Shown: positions 1 through 12,500, counted from the first letter of the stretch. The stretch: 64,000 bases of DNA from Planktothrix sp. GU0601_MAG3 (GCA_035193785.1 CP136572.1:2900578-2964577); one strand, 5' to 3'. Numbers and translations are program-made. Notes: generated by a model not told the origin, from the sequence alone.

Positions 1-207
1 AAAATGATCTCGATAGATGCGTAACCCGGCACTAATGACTCCCAGGATGCTGAGGGAGCCAACGGTTTGATTTTTAGACATAGTTGTAAGATGATGTGAC
101 AAACAAGCTGATTTTCCCGTTATCTTAAACCACAATCCTCAAAATCTCCAAAATTCTATAAATATTAAACCCTGGTGAGGAAAACGAGAAAAACACGGGA
201 AACAATC

Positions 208-858
208 ATGAATCAATCCGTCAAAGTTAATAAAAACAGTGCCATGGTTAGAGGAAAAAGTTTTAGAAAACATTTGACAGCAGTTATTTTCGGGACAACT
301 TTACTGGTCGGGGGAATCACAAAACAGACCCCAGCCCTATCTGTTCAGCCCCAAAACCCCATTCTCCTAGCTCCATCCCCGGTTAAATTATTAACTCCGA
401 ACACGCCTAAATTTGCGACTTCTAATTTATTTCCCCGACCAAATAACCGATTTAGTCAACCAATTGAAACTAATTTGAAAGTAGTGATTAAATTAAATCA
501 ACGCCGTGTTTATATCTATCAAAATCAACAACTAAAAACCAGCTATCCCATCGCCGTCGGTCGAGAAGGTTGGGAAACCCCCGTTGGTGAATATCAAGTT
601 ATCGAAATGATTTCCCAACCCACTTGGGAACATCCCTTTACCGGAGATATTATTCCTCCAGGGCCAGATAATCCTTTAGGAGAGCGTTGGATTGGCTTTT
701 GGACAGACGGAAAAAACCATATTGGCTTCCATGGTACTCCTAATACCGAAAGCGTTGGACAAGCCGCGTCGCACGGTTGTATTCGGATGTTTAATCAAGA
801 TGTTCTGACTCTATTTCAGATAGTAAAAATTGGAACTCCTGTAATAGTCGAACCGTGA
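208..858 (+). CDS. L,D-transpeptidase (YkuD/ErfK family)
   Basis: Signal-like N-terminus; YPIAVG, TPxGxY, GPDNPLGERW and HGT...SHGCIRM catalytic motif. The track starts at GTG 175; ATG 208 is preferred. Confidence 0.9.
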   Translation: MNQSVKVNKNSAMVRGKSFRKHLTAVIFGTTLLVGGITKQTPALSVQPQNPILLAPSPVKLLTPNTPKFATSNLFPRPNNRFSQPIETNLKVVIKLNQRRVYIYQNQQLKTSYPIAVGREGWETPVGEYQVIEMISQPTWEHPFTGDIIPPGPDNPLGERWIGFWTDGKNHIGFHGTPNTESVGQAASHGCIRMFNQDVLTLFQIVKIGTPVIVEP

Positions 859-895
859 AAAAAAATTAATCTTTTGATTTAAAAAATACAGTAAA

Positions 896-1550
896 CTGAA
901 CACGGATTAAGGAGATTGCACGGATTACACAGATTTTTAGGATCACCTAAATCCGTGGAATCGGCGTAATCTGCCTAATTTGTGCTGAATACTGGTTAAT
1001 CCCAACTCTGAAACACGGATTAAGGAGATTACACGGATTACACAGATTTTTAGGATCACCTAAATCCGTGGAATCGGCGTAATCTGCCTAATTTGTGCTG
1101 AATACTGGTTAATCCCAACTCTGAACACGGATTAAGGAGATTACACGGATTACACAGATTTTTAGGATCACCTAAATCCGTGGAATCGGCGTAATCTGCC
1201 TGATTTGTGCTGAATACTGGTTAATCCCAACTCTGAACACGGATTAAGGAGATTACACGGATTACACAGATTTTTAGGATCACCTAAATCCGTGGAATCG
1301 GCGTAATCTGCCTAATTTGTGCTGAATACTGGTTAATCCCAACTCTGAACACGGATTAAGGAGATTACACGGATTACACAGATTTTTAGGATCACCTAAA
1401 TCCGTGGAATCGGCGTAATCTGCCTAATTTGTGCTGAATACTGGTTAATCCCAACTCTGAACACGGATTAAGGAGATTGCACGGATTACACAGATTTTTA
1501 GGATCACCCAAATCCGTGAAATTAGCGTAATCCGCCTAATCCGTGTTCAG
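896..1550. repeat. Tandem array of ~112-bp hairpin units (5 full copies plus 1 terminal 94-bp copy) built from 9-mer CACGGATTA-like subunits
   Basis: Units start at 896, 1008, 1121, 1233, 1345 and 1457. Each is CTGAA, four direct 9-mers, a TTAGG-ATCA-CCTAA loop, four inverted 9-mers and a linker. The last copy closes as CTGAACACGGATT...AATCCGTGTTCAG. Confidence 0.97.
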
Positions 1551-1932
1551 AATTTTGTCCGCGTATTAGTCTTTTAAATTCCAAACTTTTACTTCCGAAA
1601 TTAATTAATAGTCCGACATCGAGTTTATAAACTTTGAGATAGTTTAATGCTTGGGCAAAGTGTACATCTTCTAGTTGTTTAGTTGCTTTTAGTTCGACTA
1701 ATATTTTATCTTCAACCACAAAATCAGCGCGGCGCGTACCGATTGGTTCGGGTAGGTTCTTGTAATAGATTTGTTGTTCGATTTCTCTGGCAAAGGTTAA
1801 TCCCGCTTGATAAAATTCATAGGCCAGGGCGCGTTGATATATTACTTCTTGAAAGCCATTACCAAGAAACTTATGGACTTCAAAGGATGCACCGATAATT
1901 TTTTGGGTGATGTCTTGGTATTTTAACTCCAT
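1522..1932 (-). CDS. GxxExxY protein (PD-(D/E)XK nuclease superfamily)
   Basis: 136 aa; GFQEVIY motif, ADFVVEDKILVELK (D...ExK) and GLLINFG. The last codons lie inside the terminal repeat unit. Confidence 0.93.
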   Translation of the reverse strand: MELKYQDITQKIIGASFEVHKFLGNGFQEVIYQRALAYEFYQAGLTFAREIEQQIYYKNLPEPIGTRRADFVVEDKILVELKATKQLEDVHFAQALNYLKVYKLDVGLLINFGSKSLEFKRLIRGQNSEHGLGGLR

Positions 1933-1938
1933 AGTATT

Positions 1939-2058
1939 TGAACACGGATTAGAACGCGGATTATAGGGATTACGCTGATTTCACAGATTTTGATTATTTA
2001 TTACTATAGCAGACAACCTAATCCGCGCCATCTGTGTAATCCGCTTAATCCGTGTTCA
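1939..2058. repeat. Solo hairpin element of the same 9-mer family upstream of the GxxExxY gene
   Basis: TGAACACGGATT (1939-1950) ... AATCCGTGTTCA (2047-2058), with degenerate 9-mers in both arms. Confidence 0.92.
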
Positions 2059-2142
2059 GCCTGTATTAATTTCCTAAATTTACAATTATCAACTCCCACA
2101 ATAAGGTAAACTCAATACTGATTAATGTAAGCTCCACTTTTC

Positions 2143-3222
2143 ATGACAAATCCTGCTCCCCCCGAAATTAATCCCAATCTTTGGCCGCAATTATTACAAC
2201 AACTGTTAGACCGCCAATCCCTTGACCTAACCCAAGCCTCACAATTAATGCAGGGATGGCTCTTAGAAACAGTTCCCCCCGTCATGACCGGGGCGATTTT
2301 GGCGGCGATACAAGCCAAAGGCGTCTCCGCTACGGAATTAACCGGAATGGCCTCGGTTTTGCAATCCTTTGGTTCCTCGGATACCCCCACAAAAAACCAT
2401 TCCGGCATCATTTCTAACTACCGTGTGATTGATACCTGCGGCACCGGAGGCGATGGGGCCTCCACCTTCAATATTTCCACCACCGTAGCCTTTGTAGCCG
2501 CGGCGGCGGGGGTTCCGGTGGCAAAACATGGAAATCGTTCCGCATCGAGTAAAGTTGGCTCTGCGGACGTATTAGAAGCCTTGGGCGTGAACCTCAAAGC
2601 CCCCAGCGAAAAAGTGAAACAGGCGTTATCAACTGTCGGAATCACCTTTTTATTCGCCCCGGGTTGGCATCCCGCCCTCAAAGCCGTTGCCCCCCTGCGT
2701 CAAACCCTGAAAGTCCGAACCGTATTTAACTTATTAGGGCCCCTGGTCAATCCCCTATACCCCACCGGACAAATCATTGGGGTTTTTAATCCGACAATGC
2801 TCCCGATTATTGCTGAAGCCTTAAACCAATTGGGTACGGAAGTTGCGATCGTTTTACATGGACGGGAAAAACTTGATGAAGCGGGATTAGGAGATATCAC
2901 CGACTTAGCGATTTTATCCCAAGGAGAGGTTAAAACAGCCACTCTCAACCCCCAGGAATTCGGGTTAACTCCCGCCCCTCTAACAGCCCTGAAAGGGGGA
3001 GAAGTGGAGGAAAACTCAGAGATTCTAAGCAATTTATTACAGGGAAAAGGCACAAAACCGCAACAAGATGTGGTGGCTCTAAATGCCTCTTTAGCCCTAC
3101 AGGTTGCGGGCGTTGTACCCATGGGCGACCATCAGCAAGGAATCCGTTTAGCTCAAGAGATTTTGCAAAGTGGGGCGGCTTGGTCAAAACTGGAAGAATT
3201 AATTAAATTTCTTCAGGATTAA
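2143..3222 (+). CDS. trpD: Anthranilate phosphoribosyltransferase
   Basis: [42 protein letters not shown]. Confidence 0.97.
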   Translation: MTNPAPPEINPNLWPQLLQQLLDRQSLDLTQASQLMQGWLLETVPPVMTGAILAAIQAKGVSATELTGMASVLQSFGSSDTPTKNHSGIISNYRVIDTCGTGGDGASTFNISTTVAFVAAAAGVPVAKHGNRSASSKVGSADVLEALGVNLKAPSEKVKQALSTVGITFLFAPGWHPALKAVAPLRQTLKVRTVFNLLGPLVNPLYPTGQIIGVFNPTMLPIIAEALNQLGTEVAIVLHGREKLDEAGLGDITDLAILSQGEVKTATLNPQEFGLTPAPLTALKGGEVEENSEILSNLLQGKGTKPQQDVVALNASLALQVAGVVPMGDHQQGIRLAQEILQSGAAWSKLEELIKFLQD

Positions 3223-3224
3223 TA

Positions 3225-6200
3225 TTATTTAACTGGGTTTTGCTCCGGTAAAGCTAGGGGAACAGCAGGTTGAATTGGCGAGACTTTAAAGACATCTCTT
3301 AATGCTTCTTCTAAGGTCGGTCGCATCACAACTCGGTTTTCACTAGCGACAATTACTCGAACTAAGGTCGGTAAACTATTTTCCTCTGCTTCTAAATATA
3401 AAGGTTCCACATAAAGTAGAGATTGTTCAATGGGAATCACTAATAAATTGCCTTGAATTACCCGGGAAACCTTGACGACTCCAGAGGGAAATCTGCTCAG
3501 AAATTTCGGGTTCTTGGTTAATTAAGGCTTCTAACTGTTCCGGGCCAAAAATTAGGCGTTGTTTGGGGAAACGATATAACAGTAAACTGCCATAATGTTC
3601 GAGATCAGAGCGAGCGGCTAACCAGGCGACTAAGTTATTCCGACTAGCGGGAGTAAAGGGAAGCATCAGCATGAATTCCTCTGATTTTTCCATTGGTAAT
3701 CGCATGATTAAATAATAGGGTTCCATCGGTTGTTGTTTACTTGCATAAATTTCTGCTGGAACCCGCCAGAGGTCTTCCCGATTATAAAAAACAATCGGAT
3801 CACTCATGTGATAAGTGAGTAAATGTTGAGATTGAACACTAAATAAATCAACGGGATAGCGAATATGTTTACGCAGGGCGATGGGCATTTCTTGAATAGA
3901 ATTAAACAAATCAGGAAAAACCTGTTTTAGTGTGGATATGATCGGATCTTTATTTTCCTCTAATGAATAGAATTTAACCGTACCATTATAAGCATCAATA
4001 ATCACCTTCACCGAATTTCTAATATAGTTAAATCCCGCCCCTTCGGGATCGGAATAGGGGTACATATTACTGGTGGTATAAGCATCAATCATCCAATATA
4101 AATAATTATGATCCACAGAGGAGGAATTAGAGTCAGCAACCACAATATAGGGGTTACTATCATAATGGAGAAAAGGAGCGATCGCCTTTACCCTTTCTAG
4201 GATATTACGCCGAAAGAGTAACTTAGTTTCCGGGGTGAAGTTATCGGTAAATAACATTTGCCAATTTTTTAAATAATAGGCAAATAAAAACCGTTTCCAT
4301 CCGGTGCCAATCACAATTCCACCCTCACCATCATAGATATTATAAACATTCTCATTCCCTAGGGGAAAATCTAGTTCTTGCACTTTAGTAGAAGTCATGA
4401 TTTGAGTATTAGTCAATAAACCGTAATAAAGTCGAGGCTTACCAATCGGAATAATATTTTTAATTCTAGGAGAAACTTCTAAGGTAGTATCGGGATCTAA
4501 TCGGGGATCAGCACCAATATTTTTCACAAAAAATTCAGGAAGACCGCCCTCCGCAACCCGATTCACAGGAGAAAGCGTAAAACCATAACCATGGGTATAA
4601 ACCAAATGTTCATTAACCCAAGTCTTGGCTTTTTCCGGGACTAATTCATAATTTAATTCCCGAGGGGCGATCAGTATACCTGTTGTTTTTGTAAACCCGT
4701 ATTAAACTTTCCTAAAAACTTATCGGGTAAAATCGAATACCGATCATAATCAGCATCGGAAAATTCATAATAGAGGCGAATTTGTTGTAATTGACGATTG
4801 GTTTGTAATAACGGTCGTTTATCCCAAAGACGAATATTATCGATGGTTAAATTATTATTTTGAATATCGGTATAACTTAATTTAGCATTGGGATCAAAAG
4901 TTTCAACATTAATTTTATCTAAATTAAAGCCTTGGCGAGTGTACTTAATACTCCGCTTAATATAGGGTAATTCTCGCTCTAATTGGTTAGGTTGAACAAT
5001 TAACTGTTGAACTAAATTGGGTACAATATTGGCGACTAGAAGACTCAGCCCTAAATACCAAGTAAATATTACTCTAAGGGAATAGCTATCTGCAAATAAT
5101 TTATCTCGGCGGGAATTTCGGTTTTTAATTAGAGATAGCACCCCTATTTTTCTTAAAAAAATATCAATATAGGGTCTAACTTTTTTGACCGAAAAAAGAG
5201 ATTGCCAGATCAGAAAAATAGAAAGCAATAGGGCAATTATACATAATAATAAATAACCAGGCTTTAAGATATTGACATCAGTAAAATCTGCCCCAAATAC
5301 CACCCCCTGGGTGGAGTACAAAAGTTCATAACGAGCTAACCAATACCGCATGGCACAACTAAACATCAGAAGCCCTGCCAGTCCGTGCAGGTGACGTTGC
5401 TGGGGTTGGGAAAAACTGGGAAACCGCCCTTGACTGAGACTATTTCCAGAGAGCAAATATATTAAACTACAGGTAATAAAGCTAACTGAAAACAATCCAA
5501 TCAACCAAAATTCTAACAGGTGGGCAATGGGGAGACTAAAAATATAAAAGCTAATATCTCGATTTAATAAAGGCTCAATTTGGTTAAAAGAAGTAGGATA
5601 AAAATATTGTAAAAAATTTGACCAATGACTGGACAATAATAGGCTAAATCCAAAACCAAAGATTAAAGCAACAAAACTAAAAACAATTAAGGGATTCCAG
5701 AGAATGACAACACCCAAACTTAATAAAGCAGGGATTTTCCAACTATAGGCTTTAAAATTTTTAATCCATTGCTCAAAAATATGAGGTTCAAACTGAGCCG
5801 GAAGTTTAGAAAATAAAGGTTGACTCGAATCCCAATGCCAATAACTAATAAAAATCTGGCTATAATGAATAATAATCAAACCCAGCAACAGGGAGAAACC
5901 CATCACCAGCATTAAAAGTGAAGGTAATCCCAAGGAAAATCGAGGTAAATTCTGATAGGATAAATCAAAAAGATGATCGGGAGGTTTATTTTCTAAATGT
6001 TGGGGTAAATATCGATAGCGTCGAGCAATCACTAAATTTCCCATTAACCAAGCTAAGGTGACTACTAAACCCAATATAGCCAACCCAAATTCTATCAGCA
6101 ATCGTCCTTTGAAAACCGACAAATAATTAACTTCTTCAAACCAAAGAAACTCTCCCCAGAACTTAGCTATGAGATCCAGAATAAATCCCAAACCCAATCC

Positions 6201-6248
6201 CACTAAAATTACTTTAAAAAACAAATTTTTTCTCAGCATGAGATTCAA
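3225..6248 (-). CDS. UPF0182 family integral membrane protein (three track fragments joined; frameshifts at ~3465 and ~4672)
   Basis: [48 protein letters not shown]; the fragments are collinear. Confidence 0.88.
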
Positions 6249-6417
6249 TTAAGCGATGAGAAAGTCTTAGGTTTGATTGTAACCGATCAAACCTAGATCC
6301 TGAATTTAAACAAATCCCAGGATGGAATATTACAACTCCCACTACAGACTGCTATACACCTACCAACTCAGAACGGTCTACAATCAAAAGCGTATTTAGT
6401 GGAGTTGATTACCAAAA

Positions 6418-6540
6418 ATGGATATTAAGTTAATCCTGACCGTGTTAACGGTGTTCTTTACCTTTGGCTGTCTGTTCTTTGGAACCAAAAACGGCTTCTA
6501 TAATAGCGACGATTACCATGGTAACGGTTCCGCTCATTAA
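6418..6540 (+). CDS. ndhP: NDH-1L small subunit NdhP (40 aa, absent from the ORF track)
   Basis: Manual translation MDIKLILTVLTVFFTFGCLFFGTKNGFYNSDDYHGNGSAH*; the C-terminal FFGTxNGFY...YHGNGSAH is the NdhP signature. Confidence 0.92.
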   Translation: MDIKLILTVLTVFFTFGCLFFGTKNGFYNSDDYHGNGSAH

Positions 6541-6544
6541 TTAG

Positions 6545-6866
6545 AGGGGGAGTAGGGAGCAGGGGGAGCAGGGGGAGCAGGGGAGCAGGGGGAGGCAGGG
6601 GGAGCAGGGGAGCAGGGGAGCAGGGGAGCAGGGGAGGCAGGGGGAGCAGGGGAGCAGGGGAGCAGGGGAGCAGGGGAGCAGGGGAGCAGGGGAGGCAGGG
6701 GGAGCAGGGGAGCAGGGGAGCAGGGGAGCAGGGGAGGTAAACTCTTTCTATTCCCCATTACCCATTACCCATTACCCATTCCCCACTCGTAATTCGTAAT
6801 TCCCCATTCCCCATTCCCCACTCGTAATTCGTAATTCGTAATTCGTAATTCCCGATTCGTAATTCC
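6545..6866 (+). repeat. Composite STRR-type repeat: (GGGGAGCA/GGGGGAGCA)n, junction, then (CCCATTA/CCCATTC)n and (TTCGTAA)n
   Basis: Directly visible tandem 7-9-mers. Confidence 0.93.
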
Positions 6867-7054
6867 CTATTGGACTAGCTTTCTGGACGCTTTGTATGGC
6901 ACACTGATTGATCAAGATCAAGATCTGGGAGTAATAATCCTCTGGCCGGGATATCTGATAACACTGTTGACTCTGAGGTTGAGGTCTTCTTGACCCTTTG
7001 TGTCAGGTGGTGAGCTTGAAATCATGGTGTGTGTAGTGAACGAGGACGAAAAAA

Positions 7055-7914
7055 TTGCTACGGTCAATCAAGGGTTTTGTCAGAACTTCGGGGCGTGGGA
7101 GTCAATGGTCGCTTATCAATGACCGATTATCCCTCAAACTGAATCTGCTCAGTACATTAGTCCGAAGGGACTTAGAGGCACGATACAAAGGTTCTATTCT
7201 CGGCAACCTCTGGCCTCTGTTGAATCAGTTGTCCCAACTGCTGATTTATACCTATGTTTTTTCCATTGTTCTCAAGGTCAAACTCAATCTTGAGGGGTTT
7301 CCCGATAACGAACTAGCCTTTGGCCTGTGGCTATTTGCGGGTTTAATTCCTTGGTTTGCCTTTACAAATGGATTAATTCAAGCCGCCAGTTTTCCGTTGT
7401 TGGACAGCCGAATTTAGTCAAAAAGGTGGTTTTTCCCCTGGGACTATTGCCCCTGGTGCCTATTTTCTCCGCCTTTATTGAGAGTTCCTTTGGCTTAGTT
7501 GCCTTAATTAGCCTAACTGCCTTGTCCTCTCAAGTCTTCCACCCTACCCTTTGGTTGCTGCCGTTAGTTTGGATACCCCAAGTTTTATTAACCGCCGGGT
7601 TAGGCTACTTAACGGCCGGATTAACCGTATTTCTACGCGATATTCCCCAGAGTTTAGGCGTAATTTTGAACCTTTGGTTTTATGTGACACCGATTCTATA
7701 TCCCGTTGATAAAGTTCCTGAATCCTGGCAATTTTGGATTGTCTGGTGCAATCCGATTACTGGACTTTCAGAAAGCTATCGAGATTTAGTTTTAGTCGGG
7801 GAAATGAGACATTGGGGAGAATTAGCCATGTCCTCAATATTCGCCCTGGTTTTCTTTTGTGCAGGCCTATGGGTTTATAGACGGTTGCGTCCAGCCTTTG
7901 CTGACGTTTTGTAG
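7055..7914 (+). CDS. Wzm-type ABC-2 polysaccharide exporter permease (frameshift at ~7390)
   Basis: RRDLEARYKGSILG, NLVKKVVFP, LRDIPQ...WFYVTPILYP. Confidence 0.9.
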
Positions 7915-7981
7915 CGGTGACAGTTCCTCACACAACTCACACACAAACTGATCACTGATAAACCACCGAAATCAACATCGA

Positions 7982-9401
7982 ATGACCGAAATAGCTATAT
8001 CTGTTAATCACGTCTCTAAATGCTTCAAACGTTATCGCCATCCGGTCGATCGATTGAAGGAGATTTTTGTCCCAGGAAAGAGTCTGGCCCATAATTTTTG
8101 GGCTTTGCAAGATATAAATTTAGAAGTTTGGAAAGGCCAAACCCTGGGGGTTGTAGGTCGGAATGGTTCGGGAAAAAGTACCCTATTACAAATTATTGTC
8201 GGAACTTTAACCCCAACTCAAGGGGATGTGCAAGTTAATGGTCGAGTTTCAGCATTATTAGAACTCGGAAGTGGGTTTAATCCTGAATTTACCGGGCGAC
8301 AAAATGTATTTTTTAATGGTCAATTATTGGGATTAAAAACCCATGAAATTGAAGCCAAATTTGATAGTATTGCTGCTTTTGCTGATATTGGAGATTTTAT
8401 TGATCAACCTGTCAAAACCTATTCCAGTGGGATGTATGTGCGTTTAGGATTTGCGGTAGCTACCAGTGTTGATCCTGATATTTTAATTGTTGATGAAGCC
8501 TTATCCGTTGGGGATGAAGCCTTTCAACGCAAATGTTTTAGTAGAATTCATGAAATCAAAGATCGGGGCGGCACAATTTTATTTGTCTCCCATTCAGCCC
8601 CTTCAATTATTCAACTCTGTGACTCGGCTGTATTAATGGATCGGGGAGAATTATTACTCGAACATACCCCTAAAATGATCATTTCTAAATATCAAAAAAT
8701 GATCTATGCCGATGCTGATCAAATGATCATGATCCGAGATGAAATTCAACATCTAACCCGTAAATCCTCCCAAACTTTAGAGGAAATTTCCGAAGATTCT
8801 CAAAAAAATCAGTCCCATCCTAAAAACCCAGCCTCTCCCTCTCCCTCCGCCCTACCATCTTGGAATACAAAAAATGGACATTATAAAGATTATTTTGATC
8901 CCAAATTAGTTCCTGACCATCCGATTAAATATCCCTCCCGGGGGGCTGAAATTTTAGAACCCCATATCATCACTTTGGGGGGTGAAACGGTTAATCATTT
9001 AGTCGCTCGAAATAGTTATATTTACACCTATTCCGTGAAATTTGATAAACTCGCCTCCCATGTTCGCTTTGGAATGTTAATCAAAACCGTCAGTGGGTTT
9101 GAATTAGCGGGAGCCTCCTTTTTAGCCACATCTCAATCGATTAAACAGATTGAAACCCGGGACGACCATTGCCATTAAATTTAAGTTTGAATGTCAATTA
9201 TCACCGGATGTGTATTTCCTGAATGCCGGGGTTTCTGGTATTGTGGAGGGTGAATTCACCTATTTGGATCGCTGTATTGATGTCGGGATGTTCCGAGTTC
9301 AACCCTATGAAGATTCCTGTAGTACCGGAGTGGTGGACTTGTTGATTGAACCCAGTTTAAAAATCAAGTCGGGTTTAGTAAAAACAGCATCGGAACTATA
9401 G
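7982..9401 (+). CDS. Wzt-type ABC ATPase with C-terminal carbohydrate-binding (Wzt_C) domain (frameshift at ~9153)
   Basis: GRNGSGKST, YSSGM, DEALSVGD, and a C-terminal beta domain ending YFLNAGV. Confidence 0.9.
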
Positions 9402-9500
9402 CAATCTGCGACGCGCGAGACGGAGGTTATAAGAATATTATCTCTGTTCCCTATTCCCTTTTTTGTGATTAAAACGCTGAAATAGAACCCTAAGAACATC

Positions 9501-12500
9501 ATGGATACAACTAACACCCTCTCCCCCATTATTATCATTGCTGGAATGCACCGTTCTGGAACCTCTTTAACCGCTTCCCTACTAAAAGATCTAGGGGTTA
9601 ATATTGGTAAACAGTTAGTTGGTGCAGACTATGGCAATATTAAAGGTCATTTTGAAAATGTTGATTTTGTAGACTTTCACAAATCTATTTTTAAAAGCAA
9701 TAATATTGATGAACTGGGGTGTTTATTCTCAGGGGAAATCTCCCTCACAGAAACAGAGATAGAAACCGCTAAAAAACTGATTGAAATTAATCAAGATTCG
9801 TCTTCAGCTTGGGGATGGAAAGATCCTAGAACTACTTTATTTTTGGACTTTTGGCATCAATTATTACCCCAGGCTAAGTTTATTTTGGTCTATCGTTCTC
9901 CCTGGGAAGTTATCGACTCTTTGTATCGTCGGGCGACGGATGCTACCTTACTAGACCATCCCGAAATTGCCATCCAAATGTGGAGCAATTATAACCGCAA
10001 AGTTTTAGAATTTTATCATAAATATCCCGATAATTGTTTATTGGCAAATGTTTATACTATTGGTAATCAAACAGCCGATTTTATTGAAAAAATTAATCAT
10101 AAATTTAATCTTAATTTACGCGGTGAATTTTCCGATAAATTTGAACCTTCCCTATTAGTAAATCGGATTTTAGCTACCCCAAAACCCCTGTTTATTAAAG
10201 CCTATTTCCCTGAAGCCATTGAACTGTATCAAACTTTAGAAGCCACTGCTTACCCCTTAAATAGCAATTTAACGGCATCGGAATTAGAGAGTTTAAATCA
10301 ACCTTTATCCACCGATTGGGTTTTTGAAGATTGGGCAAAACTCAGAAAATTAGAAAAAAATCAGTCTGTTCTAGCAAAAGATTTAGATATTTTACTCAAA
10401 GATAGAGATATTTTACACACGGATATTCAAGAATGGCAAGAACGCTTTCAAGATGCTGTTGAACGTTTAATTAAAACGGAAAATCTCCTAGGTGAAACTC
10501 AGTTAAAACTCAACAGTGTAGAAATTAAATCCGAGGAAGCTATCACCAAGTTAATCTCCACCGAAGAAGAATTAGGCAAAACTCAAGGAGAATTAGAGGG
10601 GTTTAAAACCCAATTTGAACAGGCGGTAGATAAACTCGTTACCACAGAGATAGAATTAGGTAAAACCCAAGGTAAATATCAAGATATAAATGCCCAATAT
10701 CAGGATATTGAGACTAAATATAGAGCCTTATATGCCAAATATCAAGAAATGTTGTCCCGATGTCTGCAATCAGAAACAGCCCTAGAAAAAACGGAATTTA
10801 AACTGCAAGTTGCCAGTATTCAATATCAAGATGGACTGATTAAACTCTTAACCTTAGAAGATGAATTAGGCCGCACACAACTCAAATTATTCGGAGCAGA
10901 ATCTCAATTTGAACAAGCCCTAAATAAAATATTCAGTTTAGAAGATGAAACTGGGTAAAGCTCAAGGAGAAATTATCGCCATGCGGTCTTCCAAATTTTG
11001 GAAACTGCGAGGAAAATGGCTCGGTGCTAAACGACGGTTAAAACAATTTCGCCGTCGATTTATTTACTCAATGGATTTTCCCCTAAATTGGGAATTAACG
11101 GGATTTACCGAGAAATTTTTAAATATTTCCGGTTGGTGTTTTCATACGGGAAATCAAGAAATAAAAGGGGTAAGAGCCAGAATAGGAACGGATATTTTTA
11201 ACGGAGAATATGGCATTGAACGTCAAGATGTGGGGGATATTCATGCGGCCTATCCCCAAGCAAAATCATCAGGATTTTATCTCCAAATTCGCGTTAACCA
11301 AGGCAATTCCCTAGTAGAATTAGAAGCCCAAGATAGTAATGGAAAATGGACGGTATTTGCCCGTTATCCCCTAACAATTTCTAGTTTGAGAGCCTCCTTT
11401 GATGTGCCCTCACAGTGGGAACAACGACAGGGACAAATCCTATTTGCTGGTTGGTGTTGCCATCCCAATCAGCGAATTACACAGTTAAAATTAATCTATG
11501 GCAATCAATGGGTGATTTGTGCCTATGGGTTACGTCGTGTGGATGTGGGACAGGTTTTTCCTAATTGGATTGGTAGTGCCGAAAGTGGGTTTGAAGCCTT
11601 AATTGATTTACCCCCGGGAACTTGGGAAATTCGTTTAGAAGCCCATTTAGAAAGTGGGGAAATTCTGATTTATAACTGTCCTCAAACCTTAGAAGTTTCC
11701 CGCTATGGATTATTAGAAAAAAGCACCGCCAAAGTTAAACAAGTTTTTCGTTATACGGCGGCAATTCAAAAACGAATAGGAGAACGAAAACAACGTTTAG
11801 GGCGTCTCTTACCGATGCCTTGGGAAATTCCCGCAATTCTGCGGCAAATGGGCTTGATGTATCGGCAAACAACCGTTCCTAAAGGAGATTTTCTGCCCCC
11901 CCAAGGCTTTGAATTACTGCAACCGATTGAACCCTATCAGGCTTGGTTAGCCGCCAATCAATGGACGGAACGCAGTTTAGAATCCTTAAAAACTCGGTTA
12001 ACAGTTTATTCGCCAGAAATATTGCCTAAAATTTCCGTGGTTATGCCCGTTTATAACCCCCCGATTCAATTTTTAGAAAAAGCGATTCAAAGTGTTGTTA
12101 ATCAAGTTTATGATAATTGGGAACTCTGTATTGCGGATGATTGTAGTTCGGATACCCAGGTTATCGAATTATTAAATCAATATGCCGCCAAAGATGCTCG
12201 AATTAAAGTTTGTTTGCGCAGCGAAAATGGCAATATTAGCGCGGCGACCAATAGCGCAGCGAGTCAAGCAACCGGGGAATTTATTGCCTTTTTAGATAAC
12301 GATGACGAATTAACCCCCGATGCTTTAGGGGAAATGGCATTATATTTAATCCAATATCCCGAAACCGATTTCCTCTATTCCGACGACGATAAAATTGACC
12401 CCGAGGGCAAACGATTTGCCCCCCAATTTAAGCCCGATTGGTCGCCCCAACTCTTACTTTCCTATATGTATATGGGGCATTTATTAGTAGTTAGACGAGG

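Noticed and set aside
896..1550. CRISPR array
   Set aside because: Units are ~112 bp and essentially identical end to end, with no unique spacers, and there are no cas genes in the window.
6537..6758. Pro-rich 73-aa ORF (likewise 46425-46703 and 15787-16014)
   Set aside because: These are translations of STRR repeats ([15 protein letters not shown]), not credible proteins.
6900..7054. Structured leader or ops/JUMPstart-like element before wzm
   Set aside because: No GGCGGTAG core and no convincing stem pattern; cannot support an RNA call.
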